Assembly (NCBI GenBank): GCA_001785615.1
Contig: MFUG01000013.1
Span: 11,006-75,005 of the forward strand
DNA: 64,000 bases
Direction: 5' to 3'
Source: Candidatus Nomurabacteria bacterium RIFCSPHIGHO2_02_FULL_42_19
GTDB lineage: Bacteria; Patescibacteriota; Minisyncoccia; Phycocordibacterales; UBA9973
Positions 49,348-58,939 of this stretch are shown in pieces. Under the pieces are notes generated by a model. It had not been told where the DNA came from, made no database searches, and was given only the letters and a program-made list of their open reading frames with translations. The position numbers and the translations under genes are program-made. Every line of letters begins with the position of its first letter. Positions within the stretch are counted from its first letter, which is position 1.

Positions 49348-49377
49348 AGTATAAGTGAACGAGCGTTCACCTGTCAA
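49348..49377 (-). promoter_or_regulatory. Promoter with a LexA-type operator in the spacer
   Basis: TTGACA-N18-TATACT on the minus strand enclosing GTGAAC-GAGC-GTTCAC (49355-49370). Confidence 0.75.
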
Positions 49378-49386
49378 CTGCTAAGC

Positions 49387-49395
49387 TGTGGATAA
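49387..49395 (-). promoter_or_regulatory. Single consensus DnaA box
   Basis: TTATCCACA on the minus strand. Confidence 0.45.
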
Positions 49396-49473
49396 CTCCG
49401 ACGCCCATTTATAGGGTCGGAGTCCGACTTTTTACGTCGGACTAATTATTCACCCTTCGACTATGCTCAGGAT
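49395..49473. repeat. Cluster of REP-like hairpins
   Basis: ACTCCGAC..GTCGGAGT, AGTCCGAC..GTCGGACT, CCCTTCGACTATGCTCAGGAT. Confidence 0.55.
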
Positions 49474-49489
49474 CTAAGCGACCTTCGGC

Positions 49490-49828
49490 CTATACTGTAT
49501 GGCTTCTAGAATATGACTGGCTCTGTGCAACCAAAGCAAAAAGCATGAAATATTTTTCCAAATCCTTAAAGTCGCTTTTATATTCTGTGCCACCGAGCAC
49601 TGCATCAGCAAAAACTTCTCTGGCGCGGTCAAGTTCTAGGCGGCGGTTGCTCCAGCGCCTATCAGCTTGAGTAAGGTCGAATAAATCCATGGCCCGAGTT
49701 ACCGCTCCCCAAAAAGAGTCCTCATCTTTACCTCGCCATTTAGCAGCGCGACCTACTTCGCTTCCGATATTGCCAAGCTGTTCGGCTAGTGTAAACGATT
49801 GCCATTTTTCTTTTGAAACAGTTGCCAT
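49490..49828 (-). CDS. Hypothetical helical protein
   Basis: 112 aa; EQLGNIGSEV.RA segment. Confidence 0.7.
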   Translation of the reverse strand: MATVSKEKWQSFTLAEQLGNIGSEVGRAAKWRGKDEDSFWGAVTRAMDLFDLTQADRRWSNRRLELDRAREVFADAVLGGTEYKSDFKDLEKYFMLFALVAQSQSYSRSHTV

Positions 49829-49831
49829 AAT

Positions 49832-50179
49832 TTATTGAACCAATCTACTGATAATTTGGAGAATTTTTTCCTTGATTTCTTCACTTTCTACATCACGGGT
49901 TCGATTCCCCAAATTCGGTTTCAGGTTTATCATTGAGTCAAACTCAATAAAATCATCCCCGGTCTTCTCTAAATATAAGTTTATCCCCCAAGTATCTTCT
50001 CCCTTTGAACTTTCCTTTTCAATTAATAGAGATTGAATATCTACATGTAACTCTCCGCCGACTCCCATAATTCTCTGTTTTATATCAACAACTGCTTTTA
50101 TGATATCGCCATACTGTTCGTGAGCCAGAGTTTTGAGCTCAGTTCGACTTATTTTATCTTTTATAATTTTAGTTTCCAT
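49832..50179 (-). CDS. DUF5674-like protein
   Basis: KAVVDI...GGELH.D...WGINLY...FDSMINLKP pattern recalled for this family. Confidence 0.65.
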   Translation of the reverse strand: METKIIKDKISRTELKTLAHEQYGDIIKAVVDIKQRIMGVGGELHVDIQSLLIEKESSKGEDTWGINLYLEKTGDDFIEFDSMINLKPNLGNRTRDVESEEIKEKILQIISRLVQ

Positions 50180-50194
50180 AATCTTATTTTAGCA

Positions 50195-51766
50195 TTAATT
50201 GTTCACTTTCGGCCTATACTGGATCGCTTCGAGGATGTGGTTGGCTTTAATCTCTGGAGAGCTTTCTAAGTCGGCGATGGTGCGGGCAATTTTGATGACT
50301 CGGTGGTAGGCGCGGGCGGAGAGTGCTAAGCGCTCGGCGCTATTGTTTAAAAGCTCTTTAACGTCCGGCGAAAGTGGCGCAAAAATGCCCAAATCTTTTG
50401 CATTCATATCGCTATTTGTTTTTAGTTTTCTTTTGCTATTTAAAAATCTTTTTTCTTGAATGAGTCGCGCGGCCTTGACTCGATCTTTTATCGTGTGTGT
50501 TCTCTCACTTCGGACAACTTCATCGCTTAACTTTTTATAGTCCACATTCCCGACAGTCACCCATAAATCTATACGATCTATAATCGGCCCCGAGATTCTA
50601 CGATTGTATCTTTCTAGATCGTTTGGGCGACAAATACAAACTTTATCTTTGTTACCTCTATTCCCGCACGGGCAGGGATTCATTGCGGCGACTAAAATAA
50701 AATTAGACGGAAATATCGCCGAGCCTCGCGCTCGAGAAATAGAAACAATATTATCTTCCAGTGGCTGACGAAGCGCCTCTAGTACCCTTTTTTCAAATTC
50801 TGGGAATTCATCTAGAAAGAGCACGCCTTTGTGCGCCAACGTCACTTCCCCGGGTTTTGGATTTGATCCACCGCCGATCATCGACACATAACTCGCAGTA
50901 TGATGTGGCGCGCGAAATGGTGGCTCGGTGATAAGCGCATCTTCTAGTAATCCTACAATAGAATGAATGCCGGTAATTTCTAAAATGTCATCATTGCCAA
51001 GCTCTGGTAATATGTGTGAAAATACTCTGGCGAGCATTGTCTTGCCAGTGCCCGGCGGTCCCGAAAGCGCAATGTTGTGCCCACCCGCCGCCGCTATCTC
51101 AAGCCCACGCTTCGCAGACTCTTGTCCCTTAATATCAGAAAAGTCCACATCGTGAGTCTTGTCTTTACGAATTATTTCTGTTGGTTTTTGTGCTAAAATT
51201 TTTGGACGTTCTTTTTCCATCGGATTTCCTTTTCTATCTAAATGTATTTTAGAGACATGATCAATAACTTCCTTTAATGTTTTCGCGCCATAGATCGTAA
51301 TACCAGGCACCAATGCCGCCTCCTGCGCATTCATCACCGGCACAAAGATTTCTTGGAAACCCAGTCGCATCGCTTGTTCGGTGAGTGGTAGCACTCCTTT
51401 GATGGGCTGAAGTTCGCCATTGAGAGCAAGTTCTCCTAAAAATATTTTTCCCTTGGGGTCAAAATCTATTTCCTCGCCCGAAAGTAAATATGCGAGCGCA
51501 ATTGCCAGATCAAAATATGGACCTTCTTTCTTTAAGTCTGCCGGCGAGAGTGATATGACTATTTTTTGATTTTGATTTTTGGGAGATTTGAAACCAGAGT
51601 TCTTTAGCGCGGAACTCATGCGATCTTTTGACTCATCCACCGCTTTATCAGGAAGTCCGACCAGAGTAAAAGCATGCAATGTTTTCTTCGTAATATCGAC
51701 TTCTATCGTAACAATTTTACCCTTCAATAGATGCGTCTGCGCGGAATATACTCTTGAAAATGACAT
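50195..51766 (-). CDS. comM: YifB/ComM Mg-chelatase-like AAA ATPase
   Basis: GPPGTGKTMLA, PFRAPHH, LFLDEFPEF, AMNPCPCG, SARAYHR. Confidence 0.93.
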   Translation of the reverse strand: MSFSRVYSAQTHLLKGKIVTIEVDITKKTLHAFTLVGLPDKAVDESKDRMSSALKNSGFKSPKNQNQKIVISLSPADLKKEGPYFDLAIALAYLLSGEEIDFDPKGKIFLGELALNGELQPIKGVLPLTEQAMRLGFQEIFVPVMNAQEAALVPGITIYGAKTLKEVIDHVSKIHLDRKGNPMEKERPKILAQKPTEIIRKDKTHDVDFSDIKGQESAKRGLEIAAAGGHNIALSGPPGTGKTMLARVFSHILPELGNDDILEITGIHSIVGLLEDALITEPPFRAPHHTASYVSMIGGGSNPKPGEVTLAHKGVLFLDEFPEFEKRVLEALRQPLEDNIVSISRARGSAIFPSNFILVAAMNPCPCGNRGNKDKVCICRPNDLERYNRRISGPIIDRIDLWVTVGNVDYKKLSDEVVRSERTHTIKDRVKAARLIQEKRFLNSKRKLKTNSDMNAKDLGIFAPLSPDVKELLNNSAERLALSARAYHRVIKIARTIADLESSPEIKANHILEAIQYRPKVNN

Positions 51767-51777
51767 ATTGTCTCATA

Positions 51778-52134
51778 TTAACCTTCTAGATGTTCTTTGC
51801 AAGTTCGCGCAGCTGGATTCGCCTCTAAACGATCATCTTCAATATCTTTTTTACAAACTTCGCATTTACCAAATGACTCGCGATTTACACTTTTGAGCGC
51901 CCGCAAAATATCATTCAGTCGGGGCGCCAAGGTCTTAATCATAGAACTCTTTGCTTCAAAATCCTCGAACCTGTCCGCCATTTCATTCGGGTCCGCCTCC
52001 GGTGTATCTTGTTCTTCTGGCGTTGCTTCCCATTCCCCTGTTTCTGGATTGAGCTTGCCCATGTCCCTCAATTGTTCAAGTAAAATATCTCTTTCTTTTT
52101 CCAGTTTCTCTTTGATTTTCTTCTTATCCAACAT
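51778..52134 (-). CDS. TraR/DksA C4-type zinc finger protein
   Basis: Coiled coil followed by FGKCEVC...RLEANPAARTC. Confidence 0.85.
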   Translation of the reverse strand: MLDKKKIKEKLEKERDILLEQLRDMGKLNPETGEWEATPEEQDTPEADPNEMADRFEDFEAKSSMIKTLAPRLNDILRALKSVNRESFGKCEVCKKDIEDDRLEANPAARTCKEHLEG

Positions 52135-52384
52135 GCCCGTATGATAGCATGCTTTATTTTAATAGCAATGAACCAGTATTGCTATTATTCCCAATTACAT
52201 TGGCCCAAGTCCGGTCTGCAACTCTTATGATGGGGATTTCAATTGCATAGATCAAGAACCGAACCTGTGCCCGTATATTTCATTAGAACCCCAAGACGGA
52301 GAAGCGACTGAGAGCGGCTTTAGTAAAAATCCGAATGGTTTTCTTGCTCGTGGCCTCCTAAATAGACCAGATGATGAGGCAGAT

Positions 52385-54778
52385 GTGTGGACTCTTTCGG
52401 TTCAATCTCCCTGCTTTGAAGGGGAGTGCCCGGCGGACTATGACGAAAACATAAACGGGACGCCACTTCCGCAGGCCGACAAGGGTAAAACATTTAAATG
52501 TAATTTGTTCGTGGAGTCAGATGAAATCCCGGAGATCGTCCGTTATTTTGCTCCCGAAAAAGCCCTGGCCGACGACGCACAGAATTCCATAGAAATTTCC
52601 GCAGTATTTACGGGGGGAACTGACACTTGCACTACTGACTGTTTTTCCAACGTACTTTTTTTACCGGGGATAAAGGGAAGCGTTTTAAAAAAGAGTGCGG
52701 ATACTCTCTGGCCGCCCACTGTGTTTAGTTTCAACGACATAGAGCAACTGGCCCTGACAGACGAAGGCGAGAGCGAGTACAATATTTATACCGACGGCAT
52801 TTTAAACAAATTCATTACCACTCCAATTTATGAACCCTTTTCAGATTTTATGGACGGTTTAATTTTGCAAGAACTGATCAATGAATGGCTGCCTCTCGCC
52901 TACGACTGGAGATTTTCTCCAAAAAAAATTCTGCAGGACGGCATTAAAACACAAAGCGAAGTCCTGAATGTGATCGATGAAATAGAAACTTTGGCGATCA
53001 ACTCCAAAACCGGCAAGGTAATCATTGTTGCGCATTCAATGGGCGGGTTTTTTGGGAAGGCAATAATAAAAGAACTGGAAAATCGCGGAGAGAGTGGTCT
53101 AATAGATTCTTTCGTAATGGTGGGCGTGCCTCAACTAGGAACTCCTCAGGCAACAGCTGCCATGTTGCACGGGGATGACGAGGGAATTGTAGCCGGGCTA
53201 GTTGTCAACGCTTCTGAAATGCGGGCCATCGCGCAAAATATGCCTAGCGCCTACAACCTCCTTCCTTCCCCGCAGTACTTTGATCAAGTATCAGACCCAG
53301 TTATTAAATTCGATCCAACTAAACCATTCACAGAAGCATGGCGAAACCTTTGGGGAGAAACTATCAATACTTATAATAATTTCTTTTCATTTTTGATTGG
53401 AGCAGACGGACGTAGCAGACCTGCCGAAAATATATTGCAGATCCCGGAAGTCCTCCGAGGGGATCTAATGCTTTCTGTAAAAAATTTCCATGATGAATAT
53501 GATGATTACCAATTCCCAACCGGCATTCGTGTTGTTCAGGTTGCTGGATGGGGTCTTCCAACAACAAAAGCCGTTAATTACACAACTAAACATCCATTGC
53601 AAAATTTTGGCTATGAAACAATTCCTACTCGCGAGGGTGACAGAACTGTAGTTTACCCCAGTGCAATCTCTTCTGATGCGGATGAAACATATTTTTTTAA
53701 TGTTTTCGAATTTAATAAACAATTGAATTCTAACGCGCAACACCGTGACCTTTTAAGCACGAATGCAATCCAAGATTTAATAGAATCTGTAATAAAGAAT
53801 GAAGATATCTCTAGCACAAATTTTATTTTTAATACAAAACCAGTACCAATAGATCTCGATGATCAATTGGTGGTAAGTACCAATTCCCCGGTCATTCTTG
53901 GCGTATACGATCAGTCCAGGAATTTTACCGGTGTTGATCCGAACCAGGATCTCTCAGCTGATATTTTAACTGTTGAGGAAGGAATTCCAGGAAGTACTTT
54001 TCTTTACACCAGCGAAGGCCAACAAATATTTCTTCCGAAAGAAGGGATTTATTATTTTACTTACCAAGGTGTCGGTAGCGGTCCAACCACTGTTGAAATT
54101 GAAAATTTCACAGCCGATACCGTGCTCCCGATAGTTTCATATACAGATATTCCAACCACCCCGGATACTGTTGCAAATTTTACGGTGGAAAGCGATGTCC
54201 CAGAGAATACAGTTATAGAACTTGATACTGATGGCAACGGAGCGACAGACGAAACAATTGATTCAGACAATTACGAACCCTCGCCAAATGAACTCCTTAC
54301 TCTTATCAAAGAAAAAATATCTGCCCTTAATATTAAAAACAATCTCAAGAAGAATCTTCTGAAGAAAATCGCCGGGCTTGAAAAGAAAATTGAGAACAAA
54401 AAGCAGAGGAACCTTAAAATACTTGCGGGTCTTGAGAAAAAAATATCCAATCAAGAAATAAAGGGAAAGATAAATTCTCTTGATGCCAACGAGATTATCA
54501 GCTTGCTAAATGCCCTTGAAGCGGAAGCGGAAAATATCGCGCTTGACTCCTCTATAATTACCGACTTAAAAAACAAAATTCAAACTTTAGCTATTACTGA
54601 TGGCCTAAAAAATAGCTTGCTGAAACAAATTGAACGTCTTGAAAAGAAAGAAGTACTCATCAAAACCCTGGCTAATTTATCTAAAAATATAATGAAGAAA
54701 GCCGAAAAAGGCAAAGTGACCGATGCGGATGCGCAAATGCTTATTGAATTGCTTGGTCAGATTGAAAGTGTGATATAA
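52385..54778 (+). CDS. Alpha/beta hydrolase (LCAT/PGAP1-like lipase or acyltransferase), probably 5'-incomplete
   Basis: FLPGIKGS, YDWR, AHSMGG nucleophile elbow, GDRTV, H; frame open back to 52172 without an ATG. Confidence 0.75.
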   Translation: MWTLSVQSPCFEGECPADYDENINGTPLPQADKGKTFKCNLFVESDEIPEIVRYFAPEKALADDAQNSIEISAVFTGGTDTCTTDCFSNVLFLPGIKGSVLKKSADTLWPPTVFSFNDIEQLALTDEGESEYNIYTDGILNKFITTPIYEPFSDFMDGLILQELINEWLPLAYDWRFSPKKILQDGIKTQSEVLNVIDEIETLAINSKTGKVIIVAHSMGGFFGKAIIKELENRGESGLIDSFVMVGVPQLGTPQATAAMLHGDDEGIVAGLVVNASEMRAIAQNMPSAYNLLPSPQYFDQVSDPVIKFDPTKPFTEAWRNLWGETINTYNNFFSFLIGADGRSRPAENILQIPEVLRGDLMLSVKNFHDEYDDYQFPTGIRVVQVAGWGLPTTKAVNYTTKHPLQNFGYETIPTREGDRTVVYPSAISSDADETYFFNVFEFNKQLNSNAQHRDLLSTNAIQDLIESVIKNEDISSTNFIFNTKPVPIDLDDQLVVSTNSPVILGVYDQSRNFTGVDPNQDLSADILTVEEGIPGSTFLYTSEGQQIFLPKEGIYYFTYQGVGSGPTTVEIENFTADTVLPIVSYTDIPTTPDTVANFTVESDVPENTVIELDTDGNGATDETIDSDNYEPSPNELLTLIKEKISALNIKNNLKKNLLKKIAGLEKKIENKKQRNLKILAGLEKKISNQEIKGKINSLDANEIISLLNALEAEAENIALDSSIITDLKNKIQTLAITDGLKNSLLKQIERLEKKEVLIKTLANLSKNIMKKAEKGKVTDADAQMLIELLGQIESVI

Positions 54779-54787
54779 TTAAAAAAC

Positions 54788-55192
54788 ATGAGCATAAAAA
54801 AAATAACACTGCTATTTCTTTGTTTATCATTAGTTGGCCTAGGTGTCTCTTATTATATTTTTCAATTAGATTTACAAACAAGCGCCACGGGAGACCTATT
54901 GTTGAAATTAAGGGATGGTCTGTTTTACGGCATGTCTGCTCTCGCTCTCATATTTCTCATTCTCCTCTTTCTCCCTCGCGCGTTTCCCGCGTGGAAAAAG
55001 TTTGCTATTTGGTTTATACCACTTGCGACTTTACTTTTTATTTTCTACCCCGACCCGGGCTCCGGCGATTATTTTTCTCCTTACCCTGAACAAGTTTATA
55101 AATGGGTCAGTATTCTTTATGTGGTTATAAGTATTGGAATTATCGCTTTCTCAACTCGTAAATCAAGCGTCACACCCACTTTACCCAACTAA
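54788..55192 (+). CDS. Small multi-TM membrane protein
   Basis: 134 aa, about 4 hydrophobic segments, directly after the lipase. Confidence 0.7.
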   Translation: MSIKKITLLFLCLSLVGLGVSYYIFQLDLQTSATGDLLLKLRDGLFYGMSALALIFLILLFLPRAFPAWKKFAIWFIPLATLLFIFYPDPGSGDYFSPYPEQVYKWVSILYVVISIGIIAFSTRKSSVTPTLPN

Positions 55193-55220
55193 AGTAGCTA
55201 GGCGGTAAAATAATTTGAAA

Positions 55221-55333
55221 GGATTAAAGGTGTCAGAGATTAAAGGTGGATTAAAGGTGTCAGGAACCTTTCTTTTTACACTATTACATGGGATTAAAGG
55301 TGTCAGGAACCTTTCTTTTTACACTATTACATG
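55221..55333 (+). repeat. Left REP array (AAAGGTGTCAGGAACCTTT): two 43-bp tandem units plus two truncated copies
   Basis: Units 55248-55290 and 55291-55333 are identical; partial copies start at 55221 and 55238. Confidence 0.9.
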
Positions 55334-55346
55334 TTAATATAGATCT

Positions 55347-56021
55347 ATGGGAAGACCCCAAAGAACTGACGTTGGTGGATATGTGTACCATGTATTAAAT
55401 CGAGCTAATGCTCGGATGACTATATTTAGTAATGATAAAGAATATCAAGGCTTTGAAGCAATACTTTTCGAAGCAATGGAAAAATTTAAGATGAGACTCA
55501 TCGCATACACTCTGATGCCAAATCATTTTCATTTAGTTCTGTATCCAAAATATGAGGGCGAGATAAAAAAGTTCATGCACTGGCTAACCCTTACCCACAC
55601 TCAGAGATGGCATGTATATACAAAAACAATAGGCCATGGTCATTTATACCAAGGAAGGTATAAATCATTTCTAGTAGAAGAGGATTCATATCTATGGGTA
55701 CTGCTTGCGTATGTTGAAAGAAATGCATTACGCGCAAAATTAGTAAAATCTCTCAAAGACTGGAAATGGTCAAGCTATTACAAAAGATTATATGGCACAG
55801 CTCTGCAGAAAAAATTACTGGCCACTGATAGCATTGCTTGGCCTGATAATTACGACAAATTACTTTCTCTAACTGAAGAAAAAGAAAAGTTAGAAACTAT
55901 TAGAAACTCTGTCAACAGAGGAAAACCTTATGGTGGTAATAGTTGGACCGGTAAAGTTTTGAAAAAGTTTGGTTTAGAAATAACAGAAAGAAAGAGAGGA
56001 AGACCAAAAAAAGGTTCCTGA
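55347..56021 (+). CDS. REP-associated tyrosine (Y1 HUH, IS200-like) transposase
   Basis: YHVLNRAN, LMPNHFHL (HUH), QGRYKS, YVERN (catalytic Tyr), WSSY. Confidence 0.9.
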   Translation: MGRPQRTDVGGYVYHVLNRANARMTIFSNDKEYQGFEAILFEAMEKFKMRLIAYTLMPNHFHLVLYPKYEGEIKKFMHWLTLTHTQRWHVYTKTIGHGHLYQGRYKSFLVEEDSYLWVLLAYVERNALRAKLVKSLKDWKWSSYYKRLYGTALQKKLLATDSIAWPDNYDKLLSLTEEKEKLETIRNSVNRGKPYGGNSWTGKVLKKFGLEITERKRGRPKKGS

Positions 56022-56096
56022 CACCTTTTACCCTTTTACCACTGACACCTTTTACCACCTTTTACCCACCTTTTACCTTCTGACACCTTTTACCTT
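56009..56096 (-). repeat. Right REP array: AAAAGGTTCCTGACACCTTTT plus truncated ...CTTTTACC copies
   Basis: Full REP contains the TGA stop; five further partial copies all end in CTTTTACC. Confidence 0.9.
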
Positions 56097-56208
56097 ATGG
56101 TATTTATTGATTTACTAGGGTTTTACTTTACCCAACTAAGTTTTAACGCAAAAATCAAACGTGGCTTTGACGGGCAAATTCATGCCCTTTCCTGTATAAT
56201 ATTTAAAT

Positions 56209-57123
56209 ATGCAATGGTTTTTTATTGCGCTCGGGGCGCCGTTTCTGTGGGCAGTGGTAAATATTTTTGATCAGTATCTGGTCATCCGATATTCTATGGG
56301 TACGCGGGGCTCCGGTGGCCTGGTGCTCTTTTCCAGCTTGATAGGCATCTTCGTAGCCATACCGATCGGGCTATTTACGACCGGAGTATTCAATATTCCC
56401 CTCTTGGATAAACTACTTCTAATAATAGTAGGAGGGTTAACTATCGCCTGGGTAATTTTATATTTATTTACTTTGGAAATTGAAGAGGTTTCCGCGGTGG
56501 TGCCGTGGTTTCTGACCATTCCGATTTTCGGCTACGCGCTCGGATACGTTTTCTTGGGCGAGACGCTTTCTTTACAACAGCAAATCGGGTCACTAATTAT
56601 TTTAGCTGGCGTATTTTTAATCTCTATTGATTTCTCGGGCAAAAAAAGAACATTCAGGTGGCGACCAGCGCTATACATGGTGGTAGCCTGCTTGTTGGTG
56701 GCGGTGGCCGGAGTTATTTTCAAATATGTAACCGTGGGCAACAACTTCTGGGCGTCTTCTTTCTGGGAATACGTGGGGCTGGGGGTTTTCGGTATTCTGA
56801 TGTATCTTTTTATCCCGAAATATCGCCAAGAATTCACGCTAATGAACAGAGAGGGCGGGAAAAAGATTTTCACCCTTAACACAATAAGCGAAATTATGAC
56901 TATCGTCGGCAACCTGCTGACAAATTTCGCTCTTCTCTTGGCTCCAGTGACTATGATATACCTGGTGGGCAGTTTCCAGCCGGCCATTGTGTTATTTTTA
57001 ACGCTTTTAGCCACAAAATTTTACCCCAATATTGCGAAGGAAAATACGAAAGAGCGCGTTTTACTGCCTAAAGTCATCGCTATCGTTATTATGATCGCCG
57101 GCAGCGCCGTTCTATTTATTTAG
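56209..57123 (+). CDS. DMT/EamA family transporter
   Basis: About 10 TMs, FLGETLS..Q..G motif. Confidence 0.85.
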   Translation: MQWFFIALGAPFLWAVVNIFDQYLVIRYSMGTRGSGGLVLFSSLIGIFVAIPIGLFTTGVFNIPLLDKLLLIIVGGLTIAWVILYLFTLEIEEVSAVVPWFLTIPIFGYALGYVFLGETLSLQQQIGSLIILAGVFLISIDFSGKKRTFRWRPALYMVVACLLVAVAGVIFKYVTVGNNFWASSFWEYVGLGVFGILMYLFIPKYRQEFTLMNREGGKKIFTLNTISEIMTIVGNLLTNFALLLAPVTMIYLVGSFQPAIVLFLTLLATKFYPNIAKENTKERVLLPKVIAIVIMIAGSAVLFI

Positions 57124-57684
57124 AAATAATTCCGGATAGGATCTTTTGATTTGAATATTTTCAGCGTCTTTAATTCCTAAATTTTCCAGAAAAGCGATAC
57201 AAGCGCCTTTTGCTTCTTTGTCATTTTTAAAATTTCCCTTCGCTTCTGCTTCAACGAAAAATCCTAACCCTTTCACCTCATCTAGGGCCACTTCAATACC
57301 GCTACACATCCAATACTCCCTATTCTTCTCTATCGTCATGGCTTTTTTAAAATCCAAAAACCCTAAAATTTTCCTAAATTCTTCCGGGTCAGAAATTTCT
57401 GTTTCATATTCTTCCACATGATCATGCTCGCCGTCCGCTCTTTTATTTATTGATTTATCGTATTCCAAAACAACTTTATCTGGATTTGTTCTGATTCTTA
57501 AATATTCATCGGGGTGCGGTTTCTTGGCAAAGAAATCTCTATGGAAAGGCACGTAGTATTCATCAATTTGCTTGATCGCTTTCACGAGTTGCCCTATTTT
57601 TGAGATTTTCTCCTTGATTTCTTCAAGATTCTCTACTTTCACCTTAATTTCAACTTCAATATTCATGTTTTTATGATACTCCAA
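57112..57684 (-). CDS. CYTH domain protein (class IV adenylate cyclase-like)
   Basis: EVEIK, LRIR, EEYET, LDEVKGLGFFVEAE. Confidence 0.88.
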   Translation of the reverse strand: MEYHKNMNIEVEIKVKVENLEEIKEKISKIGQLVKAIKQIDEYYVPFHRDFFAKKPHPDEYLRIRTNPDKVVLEYDKSINKRADGEHDHVEEYETEISDPEEFRKILGFLDFKKAMTIEKNREYWMCSGIEVALDEVKGLGFFVEAEAKGNFKNDKEAKGACIAFLENLGIKDAENIQIKRSYPELFLNK

Positions 57685-57734
57685 AATTGCAAAAATAACT
57701 ATTTTATATCCTATTTCTATGCTAAAATAACCCC

Positions 57735-58121
57735 ATGCCTGAAGGAGACCAAAAGGGTCATAATTTTTTCTTAGATATTTTAGTTTTAGGGTGTTTTGTT
57801 GCCATAATCACTTCTTTTTACTTTTTCTACTTTCAAAAGGATTACGATTTTATCGTGGAAGTTGCGTGTGATCCCACCGAAGAAACATGTTTACAGCGTG
57901 ACTGCTCCAACCCCGACGACTGCCCGCCGAACGGCCTATCTGATTTCAAAAGATACGGCTTAAACGCGGGCGACTTTGCAAAGTGTGAAAATGAGGACTG
58001 CGAAAACGCCTGTGAGACCGGAGCCATAAAATGCGAACTGCTAGAATGTGAGGAGGATGAAATAATGGGAGAAGCATGCAGTTCTTTCGAATCGCCTGCT
58101 AGTGATAAGGAACAAATATGA
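57735..58121 (+). CDS. Single-TM cysteine-rich protein
   Basis: TM followed by an acidic domain with about 10 Cys. Confidence 0.7.
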   Translation: MPEGDQKGHNFFLDILVLGCFVAIITSFYFFYFQKDYDFIVEVACDPTEETCLQRDCSNPDDCPPNGLSDFKRYGLNAGDFAKCENEDCENACETGAIKCELLECEEDEIMGEACSSFESPASDKEQI

Positions 58122-58939
58122 TAAAAATCGGGGACTATAATACAATAATGTCGGACAGAAATATATTCAACCAAATTGTATATACTCCCCTTTCTGAGGC
58201 GCTTCGACTTTTGGATGAACGCAAAAAGAATAAGGAATTGACAGCAAAAGTGGAAAAATTACTAAAAGGGGATATTCCGGAATTTTTAAAAAAGAAGAAC
58301 TGTGCAATTCTTTTTAGACAAGTTGCTACCCCAAACTATGAAACTAGACGATTTATATCTTTAGCAAAAGAAAATGACTTGCATCCGGTAATTTTTGAGT
58401 ATCATGATGATAAATTCACTTCTAATAATGAATTCAAGCACTCACTGGGGCAGTTACATATACAAAAAAAGAATAGAAAAAATAGTAATTTTAGTGTTGA
58501 AAAGATTACAATTATTGATTTTAACTTACATAACGGCAAAAAATTTAAAGATATTAAAACTTTATGGCTAGAACCGCTTGTTGATTTTCATAAAAAATTA
58601 TTTTCTGTTCACGACTATGGTGTTAATGATTTTTATTTATACAACGCCTCAGATTGGTTTAAAAAAAATGGAGGAAAGGCAATTGATTACTATGTCAATC
58701 TACTTTTATTATTTACTTGTTTTGGAATTTTATTTGAAAATTTTTTGACGTCAAAAAACTCCGAAGGCGAATTTACAAAGGGCATAGTATTGCCAGCGAT
58801 AGAAAAAGTGATTAACTTAGTCGGTGTTAAGCCGCTAATAATACCGATTGAACCCCTAGATTTAGAAACAGATATCTTTTGGGTTCATCATTTATTAAAA
58901 GTCAAGGAATTAATTCCAAATTATAAAAATGATAGATGA
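58118..58939 (+). CDS. Hypothetical cytoplasmic protein
   Basis: 273 aa, overlaps both neighbours; RQVATPNYE motif. Confidence 0.7.
   Translation: MIKIGDYNTIMSDRNIFNQIVYTPLSEALRLLDERKKNKELTAKVEKLLKGDIPEFLKKKNCAILFRQVATPNYETRRFISLAKENDLHPVIFEYHDDKFTSNNEFKHSLGQLHIQKKNRKNSNFSVEKITIIDFNLHNGKKFKDIKTLWLEPLVDFHKKLFSVHDYGVNDFYLYNASDWFKKNGGKAIDYYVNLLLLFTCFGILFENFLTSKNSEGEFTKGIVLPAIEKVINLVGVKPLIIPIEPLDLETDIFWVHHLLKVKELIPNYKNDR

Larger units (their letters stand above)
55178..56139 (+). mobile_element. RAYT/REP module bounded by a 15-bp direct repeat
   Basis: ACTTTACCCAACTAA at 55178-55192 and 56125-56139; inverted REP arrays flank the transposase. Confidence 0.65.

Noticed and set aside
49387-49395. 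Replication origin
   Set aside because: Only one DnaA box, with no cluster and no dnaA/dnaN nearby.
55221-55333. CRISPR array at the RAYT left end
   Set aside because: The 43-bp units are fully identical with no unique spacers; they are REP tandem copies.
57720-57737. Upstream partner of the solo palindrome (TGCTAAAAT-N6-ATG)
   Set aside because: Only the extended -10 half is present; there is no CGACCG core or left arm, so the kinase operon is not a flanked cassette.
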